A stretch of DNA of 64,000 nt, taken from an uncultured Acidobacteriaceae bacterium (lineage in GTDB: Bacteria; Acidobacteriota; Terriglobia; Terriglobales; Acidobacteriaceae). The stretch is taken from positions 7,775-71,774 of the forward strand of contig CAWAEU010000066.1 in the NCBI GenBank assembly GCA_963780975.1, written 5' to 3'. The notes beneath the pieces are model-generated. The model ran no database searches, was not told the origin of the DNA, and saw only the letters and a program-made list of their open reading frames with translations. This document shows, piece by piece, positions 1 through 11,862 of the stretch. Numbering within the stretch: position 1 is the first letter of the stretch; every line of letters starts with the position of its first letter. The position numbers and the translations under genes were made by a program.

Positions 1-222
1 AACAGGATTCGCCCTGCGGTCTATCGCGCCATTTACGGCTACCCGATATTCACCAAGTACGCCATGGACCCCGCCAAGCCCATCCGGATCTCGGTGCAGA
101 ATGGCAATGTGGAGCTTTACGGCACCGTTGACTCGCAGGCCGACAAGGACGCGGCCTATATACGCGCCAATGGCGTTCCCGGTGTTTTTAGCGTGAAGAA
201 CTACCTTATGGTGGGCAACTAG
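1..222 (+). CDS. BON-domain protein, 3' end (partial)
   Basis: Frame 1 reads ...PIRISVQNGNVELYGTVDSQADKDAAYIRANGVPGVFSVKNYL, a BON-domain pattern; TAG at 220-222. Confidence 0.8.
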   Translation, partial: NRIRPAVYRAIYGYPIFTKYAMDPAKPIRISVQNGNVELYGTVDSQADKDAAYIRANGVPGVFSVKNYLMVGN

Positions 223-365
223 CCTCAGGACATCATGAAACAGGGGTATCCGGCTCGCAGCAGGCGCCGGATACCCCTGAATTGGCTTCATTTTTGTGTG
301 CAGGATGAGGACATTCACATTTTTGTAACGACAACGGGCTTTTTTTTGCTTACACTTAACCCACT

Positions 366-716
366 ATGGCTCTTGACGCCCCCCTCACTATCGAACGCAA
401 AGAAGGCAAAAACCCCGGCACATCGATCATGATCCTTACAGGGCCGATCACCCTGATTAACCTGTTCGATTTGCAGGCACAACTCCGCACTGGTGAGCTA
501 CCCAAGCTTTCGATCATCGACCTCAGCGGGGTTCCTTACATGGATTCGTCCGGCATGGGCGCGATTATCAACTACTATGTTCGCTGCCAGAACAACGGTT
601 GCAGGCTGATTGTGGCGGGGGTGAGCAGCCGCGTGCTGGAACTGTTCAAGCTGACCAAAGTAGACGCCCTTATTGACCAGGCCGCCACGGTTGAAGAGGC
701 GGAAGCAAAAGCTTAG
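366..716 (+). CDS. STAS-domain anti-sigma factor antagonist
   Basis: IIDLSGVPYMDSSGMGAI phosphorylation-loop motif; 116 aa. Confidence 0.9.
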   Translation: MALDAPLTIERKEGKNPGTSIMILTGPITLINLFDLQAQLRTGELPKLSIIDLSGVPYMDSSGMGAIINYYVRCQNNGCRLIVAGVSSRVLELFKLTKVDALIDQAATVEEAEAKA

Positions 717-732
717 AGCAGAAGACGGATTC

Positions 733-1413
733 TTACGCCAGCCGGTATTCAGTGCACAACATGCGCAAGGGAGGCTCGTCCTCCACGATTTCAGGGTACC
801 GGGGCAGCGGCTCAAGGAAAAAATTGTCTGTGTCGTCGTCGTTGACCGAGGAGACCTCGCCGATGAGGCCATGGCCATCGACGGCGTGGAAGGTGTGGTA
901 AAGAAACGGGGTCAGGGTGATGGATTCGCCGGGCCCCAGGAGCACCGTGCCGCCCGCATCCACCTGGCGGCGGATTCCATCGCAGACAACGGAGACGGGG
1001 GTTTCGGCGAGCTTGCCGTCAGGGGTTGAGTTGTGGAGTTGCACCACCAGACGGCCGTTCCCTTTGCCGCCGCGGTTGATGATGTCCTCAGTTTTGCGGG
1101 CGTGATAGTGGAACGGCGTCACCTGGTTCTGTTGCACAAACATGATCTTCTCAGCATAGATTTTGCCGCCCGCGCTCTCGGGCGACCCGTTGCGCAGCGT
1201 AAAGAGCGTCAGGCCGAGAGACTTGAAGCGTCCGGCATTGAAATCCGTAACATCCCAACCCAAACGCTGGCTGCGCAGCTCATTGGCCTCGCTGCCGCGC
1301 TGGAGCCATTGTTCGAGCGTCCAATCCGCATAGGGCGGCAGCACAAAGCGGTTTTCAGCGAAAAATGCGTGGGCCTCGGCGATATGCCGGTTGATCTCGG
1401 ATCGCTTCATCAC
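733..1413 (-). CDS. D-lyxose/D-mannose family sugar isomerase (cupin)
   Basis: MKRSEIN start; LGWDVTDF, YAEKIM, TPFHYHARKTEDIINRGG and GEVSSVNDDDTDNFF motifs. Confidence 0.9.
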   Translation of the reverse strand: MMKRSEINRHIAEAHAFFAENRFVLPPYADWTLEQWLQRGSEANELRSQRLGWDVTDFNAGRFKSLGLTLFTLRNGSPESAGGKIYAEKIMFVQQNQVTPFHYHARKTEDIINRGGKGNGRLVVQLHNSTPDGKLAETPVSVVCDGIRRQVDAGGTVLLGPGESITLTPFLYHTFHAVDGHGLIGEVSSVNDDDTDNFFLEPLPRYPEIVEDEPPLRMLCTEYRLA

Positions 1414-1512
1414 TGTCTCCTTGTTTAAATTATCTCTCCACTACTTAATACCCAATTGCGGAGAAGTTCAATTTTAAAGATGCGCTCGCGTACACTGTCC
1501 CATGGAGACCCC

Positions 1513-2378
1513 ATGCCAGGTTTTTGGTCGAGGACGCGCACTACGCTGGAGATGATCAAGTGGGAGCACTCCATTTTTGCGCTGCCTTTTGCGCTTACGG
1601 CTATGATTCTGGCTGCGCATGGACTACCCGGCTGGCGTACTGTTTTCTGGATTCTGGTCGCCATGGTCGCCGCACGATCCGCGGCAATGGCCTTTAACCG
1701 CTGGGCCGATGCCGAGCTGGACGCCGCCAACCCCCGCACCCGTACACGCGCCATTCCCTCCGGGTTGCTTTCGCGACAGTTTGTTCTCGGCTTTACCTTG
1801 CTCGCGGTCGCGGTTTTTGAGCTGGCGGCGGCGGAACTGAACCGGCTGACCCTGATTCTGTCGCCGGTGGTGCTGCTGGTGCTGCTGGGCTATAGCTATC
1901 TGAAGCGGTTTACACGCTGGTCGCATTTGGACTGGGACTGGCTCTCGGGCTGGCCCCCTCGGCCGCTGGATCGCCGTGCGCGGATTCTCTCGATCCACGC
2001 ATTCTTGTGCTCACCGCTGCTGTAACGCTGTGGGCGGGTGGATTTGACGTGCTTTATGCCTGCCAGGACTATGAGCACGACCGCACCGCCGGATTGCACA
2101 GTTTGCCTCAGGCTATCGGGGTCCCAGCGGCCTTTGCCGCAGCGCGCGCGATGCATCTGACCATGATTGCCCTCCTGGTGTGGTTTTGTGTGATTTTTCA
2201 GATGCACGTCTTCGGCTGGCTGGGCATCGGGGCCGTCGCGCTGCTGCTGGCTTATGAGCACTCCCTGGTTTCACCGGGCGACCTGCGGAAGCTGAATGCG
2301 GCTTTTTTCACGATGAACGGCGTGATCGCCACCGTTTTTCTGGCCTTTGTGGCCGCCGATTTGTGGCTGCGGGGCTGA
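1513..2378 (+). CDS. UbiA-family prenyltransferase (MqnP-like), frameshifted near 1930-1960
   Basis: [43 protein letters not shown] and [10 protein letters not shown] motifs split over two ORFs. Confidence 0.85.
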
Positions 2379-2413
2379 TTCTTCTCGCTTGATCGGTTAG
2401 TCTGTAAGAAATA

Positions 2414-2545
2414 ACCCTCAGGGGCTAAAGCCTACGATTGTCTGGTGACTTTATCGGCCCGACTGAAGTCGTGCCCATGTTACAAGACCAGAAAAAAGGA
2501 ACAAAGTATTGAAACTTCACATTTACCCCGGTCGTGCCCTGACAC
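2414..2545. repeat. REP-like intergenic palindromic element
   Basis: CCCTCAGGGGCTAAAGCC...GTCGTGCCC; the same head recurs at ~22635. Confidence 0.6.
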
Positions 2546-2586
2546 TATCAACGGCCTGAAAGAAATTTTGCAATAGGATTAACTAT

Positions 2587-3405
2587 ATGAAGGTAGCCAT
2601 CCAGGGAGAACCCGGTTCATTCAGCCACGAAGCAGCCACAACAATGGTTGCCGGCGCTGAGATTGTTCCCTGCGCGCTCTCTGCCGATGTTTTTGCCGCG
2701 CTGTCTGAGGGAAACGTCGAGGCCGCGGTTATTCCCATTGAAAACAGCCTGGCCGGATCGGTTCTGGAGCACTTTGACCTTCTTCTGGCGCATGAAGTGA
2801 AGGTAGTACGGGAGACGCTGTTGCGTATCCGCCATAACCTGATCGCCTCGAAAGGCGTCGCGATAACGGAGATCGAAAGGGTCTACTCTCATCCGGTGGC
2901 GCTGGCCCAGTGCCGTCGCTTCTTCGACCAGCACCCCGGCATGAAGGCTGTTTCGTTTTACGACACCGCGGGTAGCGTGAAGCAACTTGTGGAAAACGGC
3001 GACCGAAAGGCCGCAGCCATTGCCAGCGAGGCCGCGGCCCAGTTCTACGGGGCCGAGATACTCCAATCGGACATCGAAGACAGCCCGGAGAACTTTACTC
3101 GCTTCTTCCTGGTCCGGCGAACCCCCGAGGCCGTGAGCGATGCCCGGGCGAACAAGATAAGTCTTGCGTTTTCAGTAGTGAACCGTCCCGGTTCGCTGGT
3201 TGCGGCCCTGGCCGAGCTCTCAGCCATAGGCACCAATTTGAGCAAGATAGAATCCCGCCCGGTGCACGGCAAGCCCTGGGAGTACGTTTTTTATGTGGAT
3301 GCCCAGATTCACTCATCCGAGGAGGGGTCGCGAGCGATTGAGGCCCTTAAAGCCCATTGCTCGATGGTCAAGGAACTGGGCCGCTACCGCGAAGCGCCTC
3401 TTTAG
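2587..3405 (+). CDS. pheA: Prephenate dehydratase
   Basis: QGEPGSFS, PIENSLAGSV, SHPVALAQC, NFTRF, NLSKIESRP ACT domain. Confidence 0.95.
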   Translation: MKVAIQGEPGSFSHEAATTMVAGAEIVPCALSADVFAALSEGNVEAAVIPIENSLAGSVLEHFDLLLAHEVKVVRETLLRIRHNLIASKGVAITEIERVYSHPVALAQCRRFFDQHPGMKAVSFYDTAGSVKQLVENGDRKAAAIASEAAAQFYGAEILQSDIEDSPENFTRFFLVRRTPEAVSDARANKISLAFSVVNRPGSLVAALAELSAIGTNLSKIESRPVHGKPWEYVFYVDAQIHSSEEGSRAIEALKAHCSMVKELGRYREAPL

Positions 3406-3458
3406 AGCGGAATCGGGGCAGGCGGCGTCTATATGATTAGACTGGCTATCTGAAAGAC

Positions 3459-3490
3459 AAAAGGGACGGGCTTTAAGCCCGTCCCTTTTT
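3459..3490. terminator. Bidirectional intrinsic terminator
   Basis: AAAAGGGACGGGC-ttaa-GCCCGTCCCTTTT hairpin between convergent genes. Confidence 0.8.
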
Positions 3491-3510
3491 ATGTATTCTG
3501 CTTCGCGGCT

Positions 3511-4121
3511 TTAGAAGTGATAGGCCACGCCGATGACCGGGTTATAAATCTGGTACCACTTGTTGGTGCCGAGCTGATCGACCGTATCTTTGAAGGTCGG
3601 CACCCTGAGATCAGGCCGCGATATTCGGCGCGGATGTCGAAGCTGGGGCTGATTTCGTAAGCGAAGCCGCCGCCGAAGAGACCGGAGATCTCAGTCTGCT
3701 GCTGGGCGTCAAGCGTGGTGAGTTCAGAGTCACGAATGGGCAGGAAAATCAGTCCGCCAGCGCCTGCTTCGACAAATGGATTGAACTTGCGGTAGGTGAA
3801 GCTGCGCACATAGGCGAAGGTAGCCTCCTGGGTGCGGGTGGGCACAAGATAGTGGTTGGTATTGCTGATTACATAGTGGATATTGTTCCGGTAGGTGACC
3901 CCGTAGTTGGCTTCGACCGCGCTGGAGGGCGTCAACATGAAGCGGTAACTGGCCAAAGCACCGAGAGCGCGGTTGGCGCTTACGTCTGTATCGGTTGGCG
4001 ATTGCACATAATGCTCAATAAGCACAGTTCCACTGAGGCTCACGTCCATGCGGCTTTCCTGAGCGCGGGCTGCGGCTACACATGCAGCAAGCAGAATTAC
4101 GATTAAGGCGATCTTCTTCAT
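3511..4121 (-). CDS. Outer-membrane beta-barrel protein (one frameshift near 3' end)
   Basis: Signal peptide MKKIALIVILLAACVAAARA; FNPFVEAGAG and FDIRAEYRG strands; the shifted frame ends PVIGVAYHF (terminal Phe). Confidence 0.75.
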
Positions 4122-4371
4122 TCGGTCTCTGAACCTCACCACTGCACAACCGTCCGGCTGGCAACGAGCTTGTCAATTCCGGTGCTCCGGTTGGATCCGG
4201 GCCCCGCTTCAAGAATTGTAAATGGCCGGAGCGGTTCATGGCAGAAAGCTGTCGCCCGGCATGGTTCGAATTGTTCTGAGGCTATAGACGCGGGAGAAGC
4301 AAAAGGGGCGTCTCATCCGGCTGAAACTCCCAAAAAGATGTGCTGAAACGCCTGCCGCGCTTTGAGATTAA

Positions 4372-5295
4372 TCAGCCCGCTCGTTCCACATGGTAATAAA
4401 ACGGCGGTCCCTGCTCTCTGGCAAGCGCCTTCACGGTGCGTAAAAAGGCCCTGGCGGCATACGACAAAGTGGCCTGACGCCGATGCACCAGCCGCAACAC
4501 CCGCTTCATCTCCAGCTCATCCACCGTAACCCGCACCAGTTCTCCGTTCTCCAGTTCCTGCGCCACCGTGAGATGAGGAACCAGCGCCACCCCGTTGCCC
4601 ATGGCTACAAAGCGCTTGATGGCCTCGATGGTGGGCAGCTCGACGGCCATATGCAACGGCGTACGGTAGCGCTGAAACGCCTCGATCACCTTGCGCCGCA
4701 ACGGCGAGGCAACGTTGTGGGCGATAAAAACCTCGTTGCCGAGCTCGTTGATTGAAACCCGCTCCGCGCCGGCAAGTGGATGATGGGGACCGACAATGAA
4801 CGCCAGACTGTCAGCGTAGACGGCGATGGTGCGGAACTGCTCCGGGTCGGGGCGGAAGGAGGTCATTCCCAATTCAAAGGTGCGCAGATTCAGCTCTTCG
4901 GGGATGCGCGAGGCCAACATTCGGTGTACGGTTACGCCTACGTGAGGAAATTCGCGCAGGAATGGATCCATGGCGCGTAGCAGGTACATGCAGGTGTACT
5001 CGTTGGCCGCTAGTTGCAGACGGCCACGCTCGAGGCTCTTGAGCTCATCGAGGGCGCTGGACGCCTCGCGCCGGAGCGCCATCAGCCGCAAAGCATAGTC
5101 GCGCAGAAGCTCGCCCGCGGCGGTTAACGATCCGTCGCGCGCCGCGCGGTCAAAGAGCTGCTCGCCGACAGACGCCTCAAGCTTGCGGATCACCTGGCTC
5201 ACCGCAGGCTGGGTGCGGTGCAGGCGCACTGCTGCACGAGAGAAGCTGCGCTCCTCGGCTACGGCCAAAAATGTTTCGAGTTGATTGAGTTCCAT
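4372..5295 (-). CDS. LysR-family transcriptional regulator, divergent from leuA
   Basis: MELNQLETFLAVAEERSFSRAAVRLHRTQPAVSQ helix-turn-helix. Confidence 0.95.
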   Translation of the reverse strand: MELNQLETFLAVAEERSFSRAAVRLHRTQPAVSQVIRKLEASVGEQLFDRAARDGSLTAAGELLRDYALRLMALRREASSALDELKSLERGRLQLAANEYTCMYLLRAMDPFLREFPHVGVTVHRMLASRIPEELNLRTFELGMTSFRPDPEQFRTIAVYADSLAFIVGPHHPLAGAERVSINELGNEVFIAHNVASPLRRKVIEAFQRYRTPLHMAVELPTIEAIKRFVAMGNGVALVPHLTVAQELENGELVRVTVDELEMKRVLRLVHRRQATLSYAARAFLRTVKALAREQGPPFYYHVERAG

Positions 5296-5296
5296 A

Positions 5297-5373
5297 ACAG
5301 CAGACAGAGAACGGCAGACAGTGAACAGTGATCAAAGCACTGTCCACTGTCAGCTGTTCACTGCTTACTGTAC
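5297..5373. repeat. Inverted degenerate 7-nt tandem repeats (hairpin)
   Basis: ACAGCAG/ACAGAGA/ACAGTGA units followed by ACTGTCC/ACTGTCA/GCTGTTC units. Confidence 0.6.
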
Positions 5374-5374
5374 T

Positions 5375-5420
5375 ATAAGCAATTCTAATCGACTACCAAA
5401 TAATAATAACTTTGCCTTAT
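5375..5420. promoter_or_regulatory. Two LysR T-N11-A boxes
   Basis: ATAAG-caatt-CTAAT (5375-5389) and ATAAC-tttgc-CTTAT (5406-5420) in the lysR/leuA divergent region. Confidence 0.6.
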
Positions 5421-5481
5421 ACCGCTGGAATGCGAAATAATGGCAAAGTTGGCATTGGGCTTTTTACCATCAGGCAGGCAC

Positions 5482-6681
5482 ATGAATACGAATCACGTTG
5501 CTTTCTTCGACACCACACTGCGCGACGGCGAGCAGTCTCCCGGGCTGCAGCATGACTACGCAGGAAAAGCTCACCATGGCCCACGCGCTTGAAGATCTGG
5601 GCGTGGACATCATTGAGGCCGGCTTTGCCATGGCCTCAGAGGGCGATTTTGCGGCCATCGCCACCATCACCCAGGCCGTACGGAAGCCGCGCATTGCGTC
5701 TCTGGCCCGGACAAAGACTGAGGACATTGAGATGGCGGCCCGCGCTCTGCAGTTTGCCGAGCGAGCCCGCATCCATCTGTTCCTCGCCTCCAGCGACTTG
5801 CATCTTGAATACAAACTCAAGATCAGCCGCCAGCAGGCTCTTGACCTGTGCGGTGAATCGGTGCGCAAGGCGCGCACGCTGGTGGACGACATTGAGTTTT
5901 CACCGGAAGACTCGACACGCTCGGACCGCGATTTTCTGGTGGAGATGGTCAGCATCGCCGTCGAGGCGGGCGCAACTACCATCAATATGCCTGACACCGT
6001 GGGCTACTCCACGCCGGAAGAGTACGGCGCAGATGTTCCGCGAGGTGCGAGAGCGCATTCCGGCGATCGACGCCAAGGGCATCATTCTCTCCTCGCACTG
6101 CCACGACGACCTGGGGTCTGGCCGTAGCCAACTCGCTGGCCGCCATCAGCGCCGGCGCGCGCCAGGTGGAATGCACTATCAACGGCATCGGTGAGCGCGC
6201 GGGCAATGCCGCATTGGAAGAGATTGCCGCGGCACTCTACGTGCGCGGCGACCGCTACGGCGTCACCAGCGGAATCAAGCTTGAGAATCTCTACGCGACA
6301 AGCCAGACGCTGGGCCAGATCATCACCTTCAGGCCCTCACCGAACAAAGCGATAGTGGGCGACAACGCATTTGCACACGAGTCGGGCATTCATCAGCATG
6401 GCATGCTGGCTAACCCACTTTGCTACGAGATCATGACGCCTTCGCTGGTAGGCGTGGCCAAGACGCACCTGGTGCTTGGCAAACACTCCGGGCGCGCGGC
6501 GCTGCGGCACCGATTGGAACAGCTCGGCTTTACGCTTACGCGCGAGGAGTTGCAGCACGTCTACTATCGTTTCGTGGCGCTGGCCGACCGCAAGAAGAAC
6601 ATCTACGACCAGGATCTGGTTGGCATAGTGCCCGACCATATTCGCGAGAGCCGCCGTGAGCCGGTCTCGGAACTGGATTGA
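5482..6681 (+). CDS. leuA: 2-isopropylmalate synthase, short form (frameshifted)
   Basis: [30 protein letters not shown] and [11 protein letters not shown] motifs across frames. Confidence 0.9.
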
Positions 6682-6745
6682 GCGATCCAGACTAGAACTT
6701 GACGTAACGAAGTTTCTCAACTGAAACAGATCTGCTGAGAGACGC

Positions 6746-7839
<1,094 letters not shown>

Positions 7840-7852
7840 GCTTTGACCGCAT

Positions 7853-7888
7853 ATTCACTTGTTCACTTTTTCACTCGTTCACTAATTC
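7853..7888 (+). repeat. 8-nt tandem repeat (TTCACT core)
   Basis: attcacttgttcactttttcactcgttcactaattc between leuB and leuC. Confidence 0.6.
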
Positions 7889-7897
7889 AGGAGTCAC

Positions 7898-9359
7898 ATG
7901 AGTACCGAACCGAAGACGTTATTTGAAAAGGTCTGGGAGCAGCACGTGGTGGTCGAGCCCAAGGGCGAGCCCACCGTGCTCTACGTTGATCTGCAACTGC
8001 TGCACGAGGTTACTTCGCCGCAGGCATTTGAAGGGCTGCGTTTGGCTGGGCGCAAGGTGCGGCGGCCCGACCGGTCAATCGCGACAGTGGACCACAATGT
8101 ACCCACCACGATTGAGGGACGACTGAAGATTCTCGACCAGATTGCGGCCACGCAGATTGCCACGCTGCGCGCCAACTGTGCCGAGTTTGGCGTTGAGCTT
8201 TACGACGTTGACTCGCGCGATCAGGGCATCGTTCACGTGATTGGACCGGAGCTGGGCATCACCAAGCCGGGCATGACCATCGTCTGCGGCGACTCGCATA
8301 CCTCAACGCATGGCGCATTTGGCGCGCTGGCGTTTGGCATCGGCACCAGCGAAGTGGAGCATGTGCTGGCTACGCAGACACTGCCGCAATCGAAGCCCAA
8401 GACCTTCCGCATCTCCGTCGAAGGCGTGTTGCCGCGCGGGGTTACGGCGAAAGATATGATCCTGGCCATCATCGGGCAGATCGGCACCGACGGCGCAACA
8501 GGCTGCGTGGTGGAGTACGCCGGATCGGCGATTCGCGCGCTTTCGATGGAAGGCCGCATGACGGTTTGCAATATGAGCATTGAGGCTGGCGCGCGCGCAG
8601 GCATGATCGCTCCTGATGAAAAGACGTTTGAGTATTTGAAGGGACGGAGATTCGCGCCGAAGGGGGAAGCGTGGGATAAGGCGGTTGCGGAGTGGAGCAA
8701 GCTGCCCACCGATGCCGGCGCGAAGTTCGATCGCGAACTGGTGATCGATGCCGCTACGCTGGTTCCTTATGTCAGTTGGGGCACCAGTCCCGGCATGGTC
8801 GCGCCTATCACTTCTTCCGTTCCCGATCCTGCGACAGCCGGATCGGAGCAGGAGCGCAAGGGATTGGAACGCGCGCTCGAATATATGGGGCTGAAGGCGG
8901 GAACGCCGCTTGAGAATGTGGAGATCGATCGCGTTTTTATCGGCTCCTGCACCAACTCGCGGATCGAAGACCTGCGCGCGGCCGCACGTATCGCTTCGGG
9001 CTACAAGGTTTCAACACACGTGAGCGCGATGGTGGTTCCCGGCTCGCAGGCAGTGAAGGCGCAGGCCGAAGCCGAGGGGTCTGGACAAAGTATTTCGCGA
9101 AGCGGGATTCGACTGGCGCGAGCCCGGCTGCTCAATGTGCCTGGGCATGAACCCCGACATTCTTTCGCCGGGCGAGCGCTGCGCTTCAACCAGCAACCGC
9201 AACTTTGAAGGCCGCCAGGGACGCGGCGGACGCACCCACCTGGTTTCACCTGAGATGGCTGCGGCAGCCGCCATTGCCGGGCACTTTGTCGATATTCGCA
9301 ATTGGCCTATAAACGAATTTGTCCGCGAGCCTGCTCTGCAAGGCGGAGGTAAAAACTGA
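7898..9359 (+). CDS. leuC: 3-isopropylmalate dehydratase large subunit (frameshift ~9075)
   Basis: [50 protein letters not shown]. Confidence 0.95.
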
Positions 9360-9970
9360 TGCAGCCTTTTCGTACACTCACAGCACTGGCAGCGCCGCTC
9401 GACCGTACAAATGTGGATACCGACCAGATTATTCCCAAGCAGTTTTTGAAGCGCATCGAGCGCACCGGCTATGGCGAATTTCTTTTCTTCGACTGGCGGC
9501 GCACACCGTCGGGCGACCCAAATCCGGAGTTCGAGTTGAACGATCCGCGCTACAAGGGCGCGCAGATATTGATCGCCGGAAAGAACTTTGCCTGCGGATC
9601 AAGCCGCGAGCACGCAGCATGGGCGCTGAGCGATTACGGATTTCGCGCCGTGATTGCGCCTACATTTGCAGACATTTTTTTTTCGAACGCGGGAAAGAAC
9701 GGCATCGTCCTGGTCCGCCTGAGCGAGGCGCAGGTCGCACAACTGCTCCACAATGCGAAGACGATTCCGAACTATCAACTCACCGTCTCACTTGAAGAAC
9801 AGACAGTGACCGACAGCCAGGGATTCAAGGCGAGTTTTGAGGTAGATCCCTTCCGCAAGTTCTGCCTGTTGGAAGGACTCGACGACATCGGGCTGACTCT
9901 GCGCCATGCAACTGCGCTGGACACATTTGAAGCAAAGCACGACGAAGCAGGCTGGTTGAAAGCTAAATAA
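9359..9970 (+). CDS. leuD: 3-isopropylmalate dehydratase small subunit
   Basis: NVDTDQIIPKQFLK, NFACGSSREHA, GLDDIGLT. Confidence 0.97.
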   Translation: MQPFRTLTALAAPLDRTNVDTDQIIPKQFLKRIERTGYGEFLFFDWRRTPSGDPNPEFELNDPRYKGAQILIAGKNFACGSSREHAAWALSDYGFRAVIAPTFADIFFSNAGKNGIVLVRLSEAQVAQLLHNAKTIPNYQLTVSLEEQTVTDSQGFKASFEVDPFRKFCLLEGLDDIGLTLRHATALDTFEAKHDEAGWLKAK

Positions 9971-9971
9971 C

Positions 9972-10083
9972 AGCGGAGTTCGCGTGGTTAGCGGAGTTAG
10001 CGGGGTTAGCCACCGGGTTTTAACTCCGCTAGCTCCGCTAACACCGCTAACTCCGCTAACAATGCTAACCGCGCTAACACCGC
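9972..10083. repeat. Inverted 9-nt tandem repeats (GTTAGCGGA / TCCGCTAAC)
   Basis: About three GTTAGCGG(A/G) units followed by about six complementary units. Confidence 0.8.
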
Positions 10084-10097
10084 ATAAAGGAAAGCAA

Positions 10098-11773
10098 GTG
10101 ACTATCGAAGGCAAGCGACAAAGCATTCCGTTGACTGAAGGCCCAAGCCGGGCGGCTGCGCGCTCTTATCTGCGCGGCGTTGGATACAGCAAAGAAGACC
10201 TGCACAAGCCCATCATTGGCATTGCAAATACATGGACCGAGATCGGCACCTGCAACGTTCATCTGCGCGAGATTGCCGAAGACCTGAAGCAAGGTATTCG
10301 CGAGGCGGGCGGCACGCCGATGGAATTCAATACTATTACCATCTCTGACGGCATCACCATGGGCACGCAAGGCATGAAGGCCTCGCTGGTTTCGCGCGAA
10401 GTGATCGCCGACTCCATCGAACTGATGGCCCGCGGCAATCTGTTTGACGGCCTGGTGGGCATTGGCGGCTGCGACAAAAACATGCCGGGCATCATTATGG
10501 CTCTTTGCCGCCTCGATATTCCCGGCATGATGCTTTATGGCGGATCGATCGCTCCCGGCAAGCTGAATGGCGTGGACATTACTATTCAGGACGTGTTCGA
10601 AGGCATCGGCTCATTTGCCGCGGGGCGCATTGATGCAGCCGGACTTGAGGCACTGGAAGCCAGCGCCTGTCCGGGCGCGGGCGCTTGCGGCGGACAATTC
10701 ACCGCCAACACCATGGCCATGTCAGCGGAGATTCTGGGCATCTGCTCCTATTTATCTCTCCGGCATTCCCGCCACTTCGCCGGATAAGCCTTCGGCAACG
10801 CGCGAAGCCGGACGCATATTGATGGATGCCGTCCGCGCCAATCGCCGCCCATCGCAGATCATTACTCGCAAATCGCATCGAGAATGCCATCGCCGCAGTC
10901 GCGGCCAGCGGCGGTTCAACGAACGCTGTTCTTCATCTCATCGCCATCGCGCGCGAGATGGGCATTCCTCTCAGCGTCGACGACTTCGACTTGATCAGCA
11001 AACGCACGCCTTATATCTGCTCGCTCACTCCGGCAGGGAAATACGTCGCCGCCGACTACCAGGCTGCGGGCGGCTCGCGGTTGCTTGCCAAGCGCCTCAT
11101 CGACGCCGGACACGCAGACGGTTCCACTCTCGCCATCAGCGGCAAAACACTGGCTGAAGAAGCCGCGCTGGCTGTCGAGACTCCCGGCCAGGACGTGATT
11201 CACACTTTCGAGAAACCCATCAAGCCAACCGGTGGGCTGGTCATCCTGAAAGGCAACCTGGCGCCCGAAGGCTGCGTGATGAAGATCGCCGCAGCCAACC
11301 GCAACGAGCATCGCGGCCCGGCGCGCGTCTTCGATTGCGAGGATGATTGCTTTGCCGTAGTGCAGGCCGGAGGAATCAAGCCGGGCGATGTGGTGGTGAT
11401 TCGCTATGAAGGACCTAAGGGTGGCCCTGGAATGAGAGAGATGCTGCAGGTGACCGCGGCCATCTCGTCGAACGCCGAACTCAGCGCCCACGTTGCACTG
11501 CTCACCGACGGCCGCTTCAGTGGTGCTACGCGCGGCATTGACTGCGGCCACGTGGCTCCCGAGGCGTTTGTCGGCGGACCGATCGCGGCAGTGCGCGAAG
11601 GCGACATGATCCACTTTGACATTCCCAATCGCAAGCTGACGCTCGAAGTGAGCGAGAAGGAAATTGCGGAGAGGCTGAAAGGCTTTAAGCCGCCCGCGTT
11701 GCGTTGGCCAAAGGGCGTCTTCCGCAAATATGTGGATCGCGTGGCATCGGCTTCAGAAGGAGCAACAACGTAA
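10098..11773 (+). CDS. ilvD: Dihydroxy-acid dehydratase (frameshifted)
   Basis: [65 protein letters not shown]. Confidence 0.95.
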
Positions 11774-11862
11774 GAGCAGCTGGTCAGTAGATCAGGGACA
11801 GGAACAGGACCGCAGATCGATGCAATCAGCTGGTTAAAGGCAGTAGAATTCTATAGAGCCAC

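Noticed and set aside
9984-10097. N-terminal repeat extension of IlvD (VSGVSG...LTPLTP)
   Set aside because: It is the translation of the 9-nt intergenic repeat; a GTG with an AAAGGA RBS at 10098 is the better start
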